From the NCBI GenBank assembly GCA_041479905.1, contig JBGOYY010000002.1, forward strand, positions 16,802 through 80,801: DNA of 64,000 bases. The letters are read 5' to 3'. The notes below the pieces were generated by a model. It was not told where the DNA came from. It saw only the letters and a list, made by a program, of their open reading frames with translations, and did no database searches. Position numbers and translations under genes: made by a program. This document shows positions 9,247-19,030 of the stretch, piece by piece (the first letter of the stretch is position 1; each line of letters begins with the position of its first letter). This DNA is from Candidatus Aminicenantia bacterium (GTDB lineage Bacteria; Acidobacteriota; Aminicenantia; Aminicenantales; Saccharicenantaceae).

Positions 9247-9999
9247 ATGATCGAGCGCGAGATCTGGGTCCTGGCCGGAACGGCCGCGTCGCTCGGCCTC
9301 ATCCACACCGTCATCGGTCCCGACCACTACCTCCCGTTCATCGTCATCAGCCGGGCCCGCAACTGGACTCTCCGTAAGACCCTCTTCGTCTCCTTTCTGG
9401 CCGGCCTCGGCCATATCCTGAGCTCGGTCGTCCTCGGCTTCGTCGGCATCGCCCTCGGCATCGCCGTGGCCCGGCTCGAGGGCGTGGAGTCGGCCCGGGG
9501 CGAGATCGCCGCCTGGCTCCTCATCGGCTTCGGGTTGGCCTATTTCATTTGGGGGACGCGCCGGGCCTGGAAGGGCAAGCCGCACACGCATGCCCACCTG
9601 CACGGCCACGACGGGGCCTACGAGCACCCGCACAGCCCGGAGCACAGCCTTCATGAACACGCCCATTCGCACGAGAAAGCCGAGCATGCCCACCTCCACG
9701 GCGAAGAGAAGAAGGCCAACATCACCCCCTGGGTCCTGTTCACCATTTTCGTCTTCGGCCCCTGCGAGCCGCTCATCCCCCTGGTCATGTACCCCGCGGC
9801 CCGCCACAGCACGGCCGGTGTCGTCCTGGTCGCCGGGGCCTTCGGCCTGGTCACCATCGCCACCATGCTCATTATCATCACGGCCGCTTCGTGGGGGGCG
9901 CGCTTCGTCCGGCTGGGCAAGCTCGAGCGGTACTCCCACGCCCTGGCCGGGCTGATGATCTTCGTCTCCGGCCTCGCCGTCCAGTTCCTAGGCCTTTGA
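9247..9999 (+). CDS. His-rich nickel/cobalt transporter-like membrane protein (UreH/RcnA/NiCoT-like)
   Basis: HTVIGPDH motif in TM1, long His-rich loop, GPCEP motif. Confidence 0.8.
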   Translation: MIEREIWVLAGTAASLGLIHTVIGPDHYLPFIVISRARNWTLRKTLFVSFLAGLGHILSSVVLGFVGIALGIAVARLEGVESARGEIAAWLLIGFGLAYFIWGTRRAWKGKPHTHAHLHGHDGAYEHPHSPEHSLHEHAHSHEKAEHAHLHGEEKKANITPWVLFTIFVFGPCEPLIPLVMYPAARHSTAGVVLVAGAFGLVTIATMLIIITAASWGARFVRLGKLERYSHALAGLMIFVSGLAVQFLGL

Positions 10000-10009
10000 G
10001 GCGCCGGCC

Positions 10010-10492
10010 ATGACCTCCTTCGTCGCCGACTGCATGCTCGGCCGGCTGGCCAAGTGGCTCAGGATCCTCGGCTTCGACGTCCTCTATTTTTCCAGGGCGG
10101 AGGACAAAGACCTTGTCGACATCGCGCGGCGCGAAGGCCGGGTCCTCTTGACCCGGGACACCGGGCTTATCGAGAGGACGGCCAGGCGGCCGAACCGCCT
10201 CTTCGTCCGGAGCGACGATTGGGAGGACCAGGTCGCCCAGATCCTCGACGAGTTCGGGCTCTGGGACGAGGTCCGGCCGAACACGCGCTGTATCGAATGC
10301 AACCTCCCTCTCAAGCCCCTGGCCAGGGAACGGGCGCGGAACCTCGTTACGCCCTACGTCTTGGAGCACGCCTCGTCGTTCTCCATCTGCCCGGGCTGTG
10401 ACCGCGTCTTCTGGCAGGGCACTCATACCGGCGATATGGAGCGAAAAATCGAGAGGCTTCTCGAGCGGAGAAGGAAAACGATAACCGGGTGA
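10010..10492 (+). CDS. Mut7-C RNase (PIN-like) domain protein with Zn ribbon
   Basis: FVADCMLGRLAKWLRILGFD, LLTRD, RCIECN...CPGCDRVFWQGTH. Confidence 0.9.
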   Translation: MTSFVADCMLGRLAKWLRILGFDVLYFSRAEDKDLVDIARREGRVLLTRDTGLIERTARRPNRLFVRSDDWEDQVAQILDEFGLWDEVRPNTRCIECNLPLKPLARERARNLVTPYVLEHASSFSICPGCDRVFWQGTHTGDMERKIERLLERRRKTITG

Positions 10493-10583
10493 AGCGCTCG
10501 CCGGACACGTTTGACTTTACGGCTTTAATCCGTTAGAAAAAGAACGACATCGAATATCCTCTGATCCGAAGGAGGGCACGTCC

Positions 10584-13259
10584 ATGCGAAAACTCCTGAT
10601 CCTCGGCCTGATCTCTTCCCTCATCCTGCCGGCTGTCGCGGCGGCAGAGGATTCGAAAGCGTCCCAAGCCGCGTCCCCGGCTTACGGCCGCGACGAGCTC
10701 TTCCGGCCCGGGCCCGTGCGGACGTTCGAGGGTGCGGCCCTCCGTGAGGTCGCCTTCCCGCTCGGCGGCATCGGAACGGGGACGATCTCCCTCGGCGGCC
10801 GCGGCAACCTCCGCGACTGGGAGATCTTCAACCGGCCGGGAAAGGGCGTCAACCTGCCGTTCACGTTCTTCGCCCTTTATTTCGAGCAGGACGGCCGCAA
10901 GCTCGTCCGCGTCCTCGAAGGCCCGCTCGGACCTCCGTTCACGACCGGGTTCGGCTTCCGCCGCGAGGACGTGCCCGGCCTGCCGCGCATGGAGAAGGCC
11001 CGCTTCAAGGGCGAGTATCCGTTCGCCGCGATCGAGCTCTCAGATAGCCAGATCCCGCTCCAGATCACGCTCGAGGCCTTCAACCCGCTCGTCCCGCTCA
11101 AGCCCGAGGATTCCGGGATCTCCGCCTTCATCCTGCGCTACCGGGTGAAGAACACCGGCTCAGCTCCCGCAAAAATCACAATCGCCGGCTCTATCCTCAA
11201 CCCGGTCGGCTTCGACGGCGAAGGCCAGGTCGGCGGCCTCGGCCATGACAAGTTCGGTCAGAACGTCAACGAGATCAAAAGAACACCGGCCCTCCGCGGC
11301 CTCGCCATGTCCTCTCGCAAAGTCAAGCCGGAGGCGGCGGCCTACGGAACGATGGCCCTCGCGACTCCCTGGCCCGACATTACCACCCTTACCCATTGGG
11401 TCCGGGGCGAGTGGTGGGACGACCTCCAGATCTTCTGGGACGACTTCGCTGCCGACGGCCGGCTCAAGGACCTGGCCGAAATCTCGCCCTCGCCCGACGG
11501 CCGTTCCGACGTCGGGACGCTCGGCCTCATGGCCACGGTCGCGCCCGGCGAGGAGGTCGTCCTGCCGTTCATCCTGTCCTGGCATTTCCCCAACGTCCTC
11601 AATTATTTCGACATCGTCCCGGAACAGCGCGGCCGGATCTTCAAGAACCACTACGCCGAGCGTTTCCCGGACGCCTGGGCCGCCGCGGATTATCTCCAGG
11701 CGAACCTCGGTCGCCTCGAGGCCGAGAGCCGCGTCTTCCACCAGGCCTTCTTCTCGACGACCCTGCCGCCCTACGTCCTCGACGCCGTCTCCAGCCAGGC
11801 CGCGATCATCCGGACGACGACGGGGCTCTGGCTCGAGGGCGGGAATTATTTCGGCTTCGAGGGTTGCGGCGATCAGGGCGGCTGTTGCCCGCTTAACTGC
11901 GCCCACGTCTGGAACTATGCCCAGAGCCTGGCCTTCCTCTTCCCGTCGCTCGAGCGTTCCATGCGCGAGACCGACTTCCTGGTCAACGTCAAGCCCGACG
12001 GGGCCATGGTTTTCCGGACTTCTCTGCCGCTCGGGAGCGGAGTCCTGTGGAACTTCAAGTCCGCGGCCGACGGTCAGATGGGCCGCATTATCAGCCTCTA
12101 CCGCGACTGGCAGATCTCGGGTGACACGGGCTGGCTCCGCAGGCTCTGGCCGCAGGCCAAGAAGGCCCTCGACTACGCTTGGACATCGTGGGACGCCGAC
12201 CGCGACGGGCTGATGGAGGGCGAACAGCACAACACCTACGACATCGAATTCTACGGCCCGAACAGCATGATGGGGGCCTTCTATCTCGGCGCGCTCAAGG
12301 CCGGCGCGGCCATGGCCACGGCCGTGGGCGACCGCGCCTCGGCCAAAGAATACCTGGCCGTCTTCGACAAGGGCCGGGCCGCCTACGACAAGCTCCTCTG
12401 GAACGGCGAGTTCTACGTCCAGAAGTACGCCCAGGTCATGGAGAAAAAATACCAGTACGGCGAGGGCTGCCTCTCCGACATGCTCCTCGGTCAATGGCTG
12501 GGCATGGTCTCGGGCCTCGGCCGGTTCCTCCCCGCCGAACGCATCCAGTCCTCGCTCCGGTCGATCTTCAAATATAATTTTCTGACCGACTTCCGGAACT
12601 TCTCCAACGTCCAGCGGACCTACGCCCTCGGTGACGAGAAAGGCCTGCTCCTCTGCTCCTGGCCCCGCGGCGGCCGGCCGCCCCTGCCTTTTCCCTACTC
12701 CGACGAGGTCTGGACCGGGATCGAGTATCAGGTCGCCTCCCATCTCATCTACGAGGGGCTCCTCGAGGAGGGGCTGAGCGTCGTCAAGGCCGTCCGCGAC
12801 CGCTACGACGGCGTCCGGCGCAACCCGTGGGACGAGGTCGAGTGCGGACACCACTACGCCCGGGCCATGTCCTCTTGGGGCGTCCTGCTGGCGCTCTCGG
12901 GCTTTTCCTATTCGGGCCCGGAAATGAGGATGGGCTTCGACCCGAAGATGAACGCCGACGACTTCCGGACGGTCTGGACGGCCGGCTCCTGCTGGGGGGA
13001 TTTCTCCCAGAAAGCGGATCCCGGCAAGGCCGTGATCCTGCGGCTTGAAGCCGGGTCCGGGACGCTCGACCTCAAGGAGCTCGCCGTCGTCCTCCCGCCC
13101 GCGGCGGCTGGGAAGCAAGTCCGTTCGGTCAAGGGAACTCTGGCCGGAGCCGCGACGAAATCCGCGTTCCGCCAGTCCGGGAACGTCGTCCGGATCCAAT
13201 GGAGCAAGCCCATCCGGGTCGAGCCGGGAAAGCCTCTCGCGCTCGAGGTCACGTTCTAA
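10584..13259 (+). CDS. Exported glycoside hydrolase family 116 (GBA2-like)
   Basis: Signal peptide; FPLGGIGTG, HVWNYAQ, QHNTYDIEF, EVWTGIEY, ECGHHYAR. Confidence 0.9.
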   Translation: MRKLLILGLISSLILPAVAAAEDSKASQAASPAYGRDELFRPGPVRTFEGAALREVAFPLGGIGTGTISLGGRGNLRDWEIFNRPGKGVNLPFTFFALYFEQDGRKLVRVLEGPLGPPFTTGFGFRREDVPGLPRMEKARFKGEYPFAAIELSDSQIPLQITLEAFNPLVPLKPEDSGISAFILRYRVKNTGSAPAKITIAGSILNPVGFDGEGQVGGLGHDKFGQNVNEIKRTPALRGLAMSSRKVKPEAAAYGTMALATPWPDITTLTHWVRGEWWDDLQIFWDDFAADGRLKDLAEISPSPDGRSDVGTLGLMATVAPGEEVVLPFILSWHFPNVLNYFDIVPEQRGRIFKNHYAERFPDAWAAADYLQANLGRLEAESRVFHQAFFSTTLPPYVLDAVSSQAAIIRTTTGLWLEGGNYFGFEGCGDQGGCCPLNCAHVWNYAQSLAFLFPSLERSMRETDFLVNVKPDGAMVFRTSLPLGSGVLWNFKSAADGQMGRIISLYRDWQISGDTGWLRRLWPQAKKALDYAWTSWDADRDGLMEGEQHNTYDIEFYGPNSMMGAFYLGALKAGAAMATAVGDRASAKEYLAVFDKGRAAYDKLLWNGEFYVQKYAQVMEKKYQYGEGCLSDMLLGQWLGMVSGLGRFLPAERIQSSLRSIFKYNFLTDFRNFSNVQRTYALGDEKGLLLCSWPRGGRPPLPFPYSDEVWTGIEYQVASHLIYEGLLEEGLSVVKAVRDRYDGVRRNPWDEVECGHHYARAMSSWGVLLALSGFSYSGPEMRMGFDPKMNADDFRTVWTAGSCWGDFSQKADPGKAVILRLEAGSGTLDLKELAVVLPPAAAGKQVRSVKGTLAGAATKSAFRQSGNVVRIQWSKPIRVEPGKPLALEVTF

Positions 13260-13336
13260 AATAATAACGAAGACAAATGGGCCGCTTCCGGTTCCCCCCC
13301 GATTAGAGTATAGTCTTGATTTTAGCGGAGGATGAG

Positions 13337-14230
13337 TTGAGAAAAATTGCGTTCTTCGTTCCCATGGCCCTTATCCTTGCGGCCATGTCCCTCGCCTCGG
13401 CCTGTTCGCGCGCCGTACCGGCCGGACCCAAGGGGCACCTCTTCATCGTCGGAGGAGGCGACCGCGACGAGCCCCTGATGAAGCGCTATGTCGAGCTGGC
13501 CGGGGGATACGGCACGGGCCGGGTCGTTATTTTCACTATGGCCAGCAGCGTCCCCCTCGAAGTGGGTCCCGAGCTCGTCGCCGAATTCCAGAAGCTCGGC
13601 GTCAAGGACGTCGTCTTTTACCAGCTCACCCGGGAGGAGGCCATGAGGCCCGGCAGCGCCAAGATCCTCGACGGTGTGAGCGCCATCTGGTTCGCCGGCG
13701 GGGACCAAGCCAGGTTGACCGCCGCGCTCCTCGACACGCCCATCCACGCCCGGATGCTCGAGCTCTACGCGGCGGGGTGCCTCATCGGGGGCACGAGCGC
13801 CGGCGCGGCCGTGATGAGCGAGGTCATGATCACCGGCGACGAGAAACGGACCAAGAAAGAGGACGAGCTGTGGCAGACGGTCGAAGCCGATAACGTCGTC
13901 CGCGTCCGCGGCTTCGGTTTCGTCAAGAACGCCGTCATCGACCAGCATTTCCTCGTCCGGCGTCGGCACAACCGCCTCATCAGCCTCGTCCTGGAGAACC
14001 CGGCCCTCATCGGGGCCGGCATCGACGAATCGACGGCCATTCTGGTCCGTCCCGACGGCAAGTGGGAGGTCCTCGGCGAGAGCCAGGTCTTCGTGGTCGA
14101 CGCCCGCAAGGCGGTCGTCTCCAAGGCCTCGTCCAACAAGCTGGGCGGCCATGGCCTGGCCCTGCACCTCCTCCTTCCCGGAGACGTCTTCGACCCGGTC
14201 GAGGGGCGTGCGGAGGGCCCGTCGAAATGA
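13337..14230 (+). CDS. cphB: Cyanophycinase (peptidase S51), predicted lipoprotein
   Basis: TTG start after GGAGGA; lipobox-like ASAC; LFIVGGG, GGDQ, GTSAGAA nucleophile, IDQHF, GIDEST. Confidence 0.85.
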   Translation: MRKIAFFVPMALILAAMSLASACSRAVPAGPKGHLFIVGGGDRDEPLMKRYVELAGGYGTGRVVIFTMASSVPLEVGPELVAEFQKLGVKDVVFYQLTREEAMRPGSAKILDGVSAIWFAGGDQARLTAALLDTPIHARMLELYAAGCLIGGTSAGAAVMSEVMITGDEKRTKKEDELWQTVEADNVVRVRGFGFVKNAVIDQHFLVRRRHNRLISLVLENPALIGAGIDESTAILVRPDGKWEVLGESQVFVVDARKAVVSKASSNKLGGHGLALHLLLPGDVFDPVEGRAEGPSK

Positions 14231-15633
14231 GCCTGAAGAAGCTGAAACTCCCCCACACGCTCATCCTCATCTACATCATGGTCGTCCTGACCGTGGTGGC
14301 CACCTGGATCATCCCCGGCGGCGCGTACCAGCGGGTGGAGAAGGACGGCCGGACTATCCCTGTGGCCGGCTCCTACCAGCGCATCGAGAACGAGCACCAG
14401 GGACTCGGCGGGCTCTTCGTCTCGCCGGTCAAGGGCTTCGTCGACGCCGCGGCCATTATCGTCATCGTCTTTATCTTCGGCGGTGCGTTCTCCATCATAC
14501 AGAAGACAGGGGCCATTTCGACGGTCATCCACAACCTGGCCTTGAAGTTCGGACGAAGCAAGACCCTCCGGGTCCTTTTCATCCCCGTGACCATGATCAT
14601 TTTTTCCCTGGGAGGCGCCATCTGGGGCATGTGCGAGGAGACCATGCCCTTCATCCTGATCTTCGTGCCGCTCTCCCTGTCGCTGGGATATGACACCATC
14701 GTTGGGGTTGCCCTGCCGTTCCTGGGCGCGGCGGCCGGCTTCGCCGGTGCCTTTTTCAACCCGTTTACGGTTGGGATCGCCCAGGGCATCGCTGGCCTGC
14801 CCCTCTATTCCGGGCTGGGCTACAGGCTCATCGTCTGGGCCGGCGGGACGGCCATCGTCATCGCCATCGTCATGCGCTACGCGGGCCGGATCCACAAAGA
14901 CCCGACGAAGAGCCCGACCTACGAAGAGGACCTCGAGAAGCGGAAAAATCTCCAGGTCGGGAGTCAGATGATCGAGAAGCTCGTGCTGACGGCCGCCCAC
15001 AAGCGGGTCATGGCGGTCTTCGGCCTGGGCTTCGGCGTCATGATCTTCGGCATCCTGAAATACCAATGGTTCATCTACGAGATCGGCGGTGTTTTCCTGG
15101 CCATGGGGATTTTCGCCGGGGTCGCGGGCAAGCTCAAGAACGAAGAGATAGGGAAATCGTTCGTCGAGGGGGCCAAGGACATGGTCAACGCGGCCCTGAT
15201 CATCGGCACGGCCCGGGCCATCCTCATCGTGGCCCAGGACGGCCGGATCCTGGACACGATCCTGGCGGCCATGGCCGGGACGATCTCCCAGTTCCACCCA
15301 CTCATCTCGGCCGAGCTCATGTTCGTTTCCCAGTGCGTCATTAACTTCTTCGTCCATTCGGGGACGGCCCAGGCGGCGCTGACCATCCCCATCATGGCCC
15401 CCTTGGGGGACCTCGTCGGCATCACTCGGCAGACGTCCGTCTTCGCCTTCCAGCTGGCCGAGTACATCAACCCCGTCCTGCCGACCTCCGGCGTGACCAT
15501 GGGGGTCCTGGGCCTGGCCGGGCTGAAGTGGGAGAAATGGGCCAAGTGGCTCGTGCCGCTCCTCGTCCTCTGGGTCCTGTTCGCGGCCCTGACCCTCATC
15601 CCGCCTGTTCTGATGAAGTGGGGTCCGGCTTAA
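14227..15633 (+). CDS. YfcC family transporter (putative basic amino acid/dipeptide antiporter)
   Basis: LPHTLILI start overlaps the cyanophycinase stop; GMCEET, NPFTVGIAQGIAGLP, SGTAQA, WEKWAKW. Confidence 0.9.
   Translation: MSLKKLKLPHTLILIYIMVVLTVVATWIIPGGAYQRVEKDGRTIPVAGSYQRIENEHQGLGGLFVSPVKGFVDAAAIIVIVFIFGGAFSIIQKTGAISTVIHNLALKFGRSKTLRVLFIPVTMIIFSLGGAIWGMCEETMPFILIFVPLSLSLGYDTIVGVALPFLGAAAGFAGAFFNPFTVGIAQGIAGLPLYSGLGYRLIVWAGGTAIVIAIVMRYAGRIHKDPTKSPTYEEDLEKRKNLQVGSQMIEKLVLTAAHKRVMAVFGLGFGVMIFGILKYQWFIYEIGGVFLAMGIFAGVAGKLKNEEIGKSFVEGAKDMVNAALIIGTARAILIVAQDGRILDTILAAMAGTISQFHPLISAELMFVSQCVINFFVHSGTAQAALTIPIMAPLGDLVGITRQTSVFAFQLAEYINPVLPTSGVTMGVLGLAGLKWEKWAKWLVPLLVLWVLFAALTLIPPVLMKWGPA
15586..15633 (+). 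repeat. Direct repeat, left copy (3' end of the YfcC gene)
   Basis: 48 nt, 40/48 identical to 16698-16745, first 20 nt identical. Confidence 0.9.
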
Positions 15634-15697
15634 GGGGCTGCCCCCATTCCGGGGCTGCCCTCATTCAGGGGCTGCCCCTGAATGAGGACTGTCCCTC
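15634..15697. repeat. Three tandem GGGGCTGCCC units with hairpin
   Basis: GGGGCTGCCC x3 separated by CATTC; 12-bp stem CTCATTCAGGGG/CCCCTGAATGAG. Confidence 0.7.
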
Positions 15698-16165
15698 TTT
15701 TCCTGAAGCGCATTCCTCACGGAGTATGCCGGCGAGGTTTCTCGCCCCTATTGGATCTTCGGGCGCGGTTTTCGAGGCTATTGACATCGCCGCCCGGCCG
15801 GGGGTACAGTTCCACCATGGATTGGGGGGCAAATTCAATGCCGGGAGGGGGAATTCAGCTCGCTCAGAAAAAGCAAATTCTTATCCTTAACTGCGTGAGA
15901 TGCGTAGGATCTCAGCTCGGGCCTTGGTTCTCAAAACAGGAAGGAAGGCACCATGATGTCAGCAGATCTGGCTCGGCTCCCACGATTCCACCCACGTCAG
16001 ATGGAGATATGAAGAGGGAGGACCTAGATCAGCGCCGAGTGAACAAGGATGGGCTCTTCGTCGGTCGTCCACGCCACACAAAAGAACGCTGCTCACCGAG
16101 TTTTGCAAGATCCTCTTTTGTTCGGTTCATATTTAGCTTTAGACTGTAAAGGACGTGCAACCGCC

Positions 16166-16561
16166 ATGAACAATAATCAAAAGGACATTATCGCTATCAA
16201 ACAACTACGAGAAGATTATATGAAAGCGCAAGGCGCTGGAGATGTGGAAGGATGTTTGAGCTTCTGGACGGATGACGGAGTGTTGATGCCGCCAAATGCT
16301 CCTTCTGTCTCGGGTAAACAGGCGCTTCGTACCACGTATACGGATCTGTTTAATGCCTTTAAGTTGGAAAATAAGGTTTTTTACGATGTTATTGAGGCAT
16401 TTGATGGAATTAGTTTTGCCAGGGGTAGATATCGTGGACAGAACGTACCAAAAGGCGGGGGCGCACCTATTCCAGAACAAGGCAAATTTCTGGAAATTCA
16501 CAAGAAGCAAAAAGATGGAACCTGGAAGTTTGCTTATCATATGTGGTCGTTCGATGAATAG
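16166..16561 (+). CDS. SnoaL/NTF2-like (DUF4440/YybH) protein, AT-rich
   Basis: GDVEGCLSFWTDDGVLMPPN, GKFLEIHKKQKDGTWK; codon usage unlike the flanks. Confidence 0.85.
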   Translation: MNNNQKDIIAIKQLREDYMKAQGAGDVEGCLSFWTDDGVLMPPNAPSVSGKQALRTTYTDLFNAFKLENKVFYDVIEAFDGISFARGRYRGQNVPKGGGAPIPEQGKFLEIHKKQKDGTWKFAYHMWSFDE

Positions 16562-16697
16562 AAATACGCCCATAAACGTAATCGGTCGGTGATCCTTTCT
16601 GAGTATCAGAGATACTGGGTATGAACGAGACTCAGCTTGAGAGACAAAGCTCAGCATTTCCAAGGCACTCGTGCGGGCCGTCCAAAGGCCAACGCGT

Positions 16698-16745
16698 GCC
16701 CTGACCCTCATCCCGCCCGTCCTCATGAAGTGGGGCCCGAACTGA
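16698..16745 (+). repeat. Direct repeat, right copy (displaced original YfcC 3' end)
   Basis: Encodes ALTLIPPVLMKWGPN* against ALTLIPPVLMKWGPA* in the gene. Confidence 0.9.
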
Positions 16746-17018
16746 TCTTCTATTTACTCCGGACGGTCCCCTCCCGGCGGCCGTCGTCGTACAGCCCGAC
16801 GGCCTTGACGGCTGACCCTTCTTGTCGAACTCGATCTTCAACCGGAAGGACGGGAGTGTTTTCCGGACGAACGTATCCATTCCGCCTAAAGGATTGACAC
16901 CGCTAGGAGGCGACGATATACTCCCGGCGTGACCGGGAGGAGGGATTCAATGTCCTCCTCGGCGTCCCGTGCGCCTTTTATCGACGCCGCGATCGAGCCT
17001 CGCGGCGGTGGAGGAACC

Positions 17019-17543
17019 ATGAGATTCCCGAAGCTTTCGGTAGTCGCAGGAGTCGTCCCGATCCTCGCCGGCCTTCTCGTTTTCGCCTCTTGCGGGGGAG
17101 GGGAAAAGGCCGCCAACAGGCGGGCCGAGGCCGCCGTTGAGAAGGTTATGAAGGCGACGACCGGCAAGGACGCCGATGTCAAGATAGACGGCAAGTCGGT
17201 CGAGATCACGGGGAAGGGGTTCACACACAACGTTGCCGAAACAACCGAGTGGCCGGCCGACATGTTCGAGGGAGTGCCGGAGTTCACCTTCGGAAAGATC
17301 GAGCGCGTAAGCAAGGGCGAGGAAGGTGGAATGACGAAGTTCAACATTTACTTTCGCGACATCGAACCGGGGGGCGTCGAGCGGTACGTTGAGTTTCTGA
17401 AAGAAGCCGGCTGGCAAGCGGACCTCATCGGGGGGCCGCAAGGCGGGCTGGTCTCCGGGCAGAAGGACGAACTCGGCCTGAACTTTATGTTCAGCGCCGA
17501 GAAAAAAGACGGCATGCTCGCCGTTTTCTCGGGCATGAAATAG
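17019..17543 (+). CDS. Hypothetical lipoprotein
   Basis: RBS GGAGG; signal peptide with lipobox FASC followed by GGG. Confidence 0.75.
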   Translation: MRFPKLSVVAGVVPILAGLLVFASCGGGEKAANRRAEAAVEKVMKATTGKDADVKIDGKSVEITGKGFTHNVAETTEWPADMFEGVPEFTFGKIERVSKGEEGGMTKFNIYFRDIEPGGVERYVEFLKEAGWQADLIGGPQGGLVSGQKDELGLNFMFSAEKKDGMLAVFSGMK

Positions 17544-17568
17544 TAGGCGAATTCCCCTTTTCCCCCAG

Positions 17569-17596
17569 GCAACCTTTTGCCCGGCTTTTTCATCTA
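17569..17596 (+). promoter_or_regulatory. Putative ECF autoregulatory promoter
   Basis: GCAACC-16 nt-CATCTA directly upstream of the second ECF gene. Confidence 0.55.
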
Positions 17597-17601
17597 TACG
17601 G

Positions 17602-18297
17602 GTGAGGCAAGAAATGGACTCACCCGGCTTGATCCTGGCGATTCAAGGCCAAATCGGCGATAATAGCCTCCGTGCGGAGTACGAATCCTTCCTGGAGGCG
17701 GCCTTAGTCATGGGGCGGGACACCGGGGAGGGGCCGGTCTGGGGGACTTCGGACAAGGCCCGCCTGGGCGAACTCGTGGCCCGCGGCCGCGACGGCGACC
17801 TGGCCGCCGTGGAATCCCTCTACGAGATGTTCAAGCGGCCGGTTTTCGGCCTCATCTACAGGCACACCCAGAACCAGGCCGTCGCCGAGGACCTTCTCCA
17901 GGACGTTTTCCTCAAGATCTTCAGCCATCTCCGGAACGTCCGCGACGCGGCGACTTTCCCCGGCTGGGTCTTCCGGATCGCCCTCAACACCAGCTACAGC
18001 TACCTCCGCCAGAAAAAGGCCCAGGGCGTCAAGCTCGTCCCCCTGTCCGACCTCGAGGGCCGTCTCGAAGAGCGGGGCGGCGAGCCCGTCGAAAGGGACC
18101 TCCGGAAGCCCTTGGACGAGGCCATCCAGGTGCTGGCGCCGCGTCTGCGGAGTGTTTTTATCCTCCACGACGTCCAGGGGTTCAAGCACGAGGAGATCGC
18201 GCGGGCGCTCGGCTGCGCGGTCGGGACGTCGAAGTCCCAGCTCTTCAAGGCCAGGATCAAGGTCCGCGAATACCTGCGGGCCAAAAGGGCCGTTTGA
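17602..18297 (+). CDS. ECF RNA polymerase sigma factor (start uncertain)
   Basis: AEDLLQDVF, WVFRIALN, GFKHEEIA...GTSKSQLFKAR. Confidence 0.92.
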   Translation: MRQEMDSPGLILAIQGQIGDNSLRAEYESFLEAALVMGRDTGEGPVWGTSDKARLGELVARGRDGDLAAVESLYEMFKRPVFGLIYRHTQNQAVAEDLLQDVFLKIFSHLRNVRDAATFPGWVFRIALNTSYSYLRQKKAQGVKLVPLSDLEGRLEERGGEPVERDLRKPLDEAIQVLAPRLRSVFILHDVQGFKHEEIARALGCAVGTSKSQLFKARIKVREYLRAKRAV

Positions 18298-18309
18298 GGG
18301 AGAACGACG

Positions 18310-19008
18310 ATGAGATGCCGTAAAGCCAACGAATACATCAGCCGGTCGATCGACGGCGAGCTCTCCGGGCGGCAGGCGGCCCGGCTCGAGAGTCACCTCG
18401 CATCGTGCGGCGAATGCCGCGCGCTCCTCGAGGATCTCCGGGCGATCGCCGGCGACGCCGCCAAGCTCGACGCGCCAGAGCCGTCGGACAGGGTCTGGAA
18501 AGGCATCCGGGCCGGGCTCGCCGCCACGGACCTGAAGCCGACGCGCGAAGGGCTTGGTCCTCTCTTCGGGTCGAGCCTCCCGGCCCTGCGCTATGCCGGC
18601 GTCGCCGCGCTGGCCGTCGTGCTCGTCGTCTCAGGGGTCGTCATAGGCACGCGCCTGAGACAACAGGGGACTCCGGCGGGATCGGACAGGGGCGAGAAAT
18701 ACACCCTGGCCAAGCTCGACGAGGCCGAAGGCCACTATCAGGCGGCCATCAAGTCCCTCAGCGAAGCCTTTGCCTCAGAGAAGGGCGCGCTCGTCCCCCA
18801 GGTCGCGGAGCTTTTCGACCGCAACCTGTCGGTCATCGACGCCACGATCCAGGCCTGCCGCCGGGCGGTCCTCGAGGAACCCGACGACCTCCAGGCCAGG
18901 AGCTACCTGCTGTCTGCTTACACCGAAAAAGTGACCTTGCTCGATTCGGCCCTGGATCTGCAGAGACAGGGCCGGGAAGCCGTGGGCAAGGGAAAGAAAA
19001 TACTCTAA
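18310..19008 (+). CDS. zf-HC2 anti-sigma factor
   Basis: IDGEL...HLASCGEC; one TM; helical C-terminal domain. Confidence 0.88.
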   Translation: MRCRKANEYISRSIDGELSGRQAARLESHLASCGECRALLEDLRAIAGDAAKLDAPEPSDRVWKGIRAGLAATDLKPTREGLGPLFGSSLPALRYAGVAALAVVLVVSGVVIGTRLRQQGTPAGSDRGEKYTLAKLDEAEGHYQAAIKSLSEAFASEKGALVPQVAELFDRNLSVIDATIQACRRAVLEEPDDLQARSYLLSAYTEKVTLLDSALDLQRQGREAVGKGKKIL

Positions 19009-19030
19009 GATACCGAGAAGGAGGACCATC

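Noticed and set aside
9125-9250. tRNA-Ala as an island integration site
   Set aside because: No duplicated 3' end or integrase; downstream genes have host-like composition. The tRNA-like sequence at 48.5 kb differs in sequence.
11160-13199. Long antisense and alternate-frame ORFs here and throughout (e.g. 2427-3971, 18833-20647, 37641-39557)
   Set aside because: Shadows of GC-rich codon usage opposite well-supported genes; no motifs.
15700-16697. Integron cassette (attC) around the SnoaL-like gene, and the 155-aa ORF at 15682
   Set aside because: No convincing RYYYAAC/GTTRRRY paired ends and no integrase; the ORF looks non-coding.
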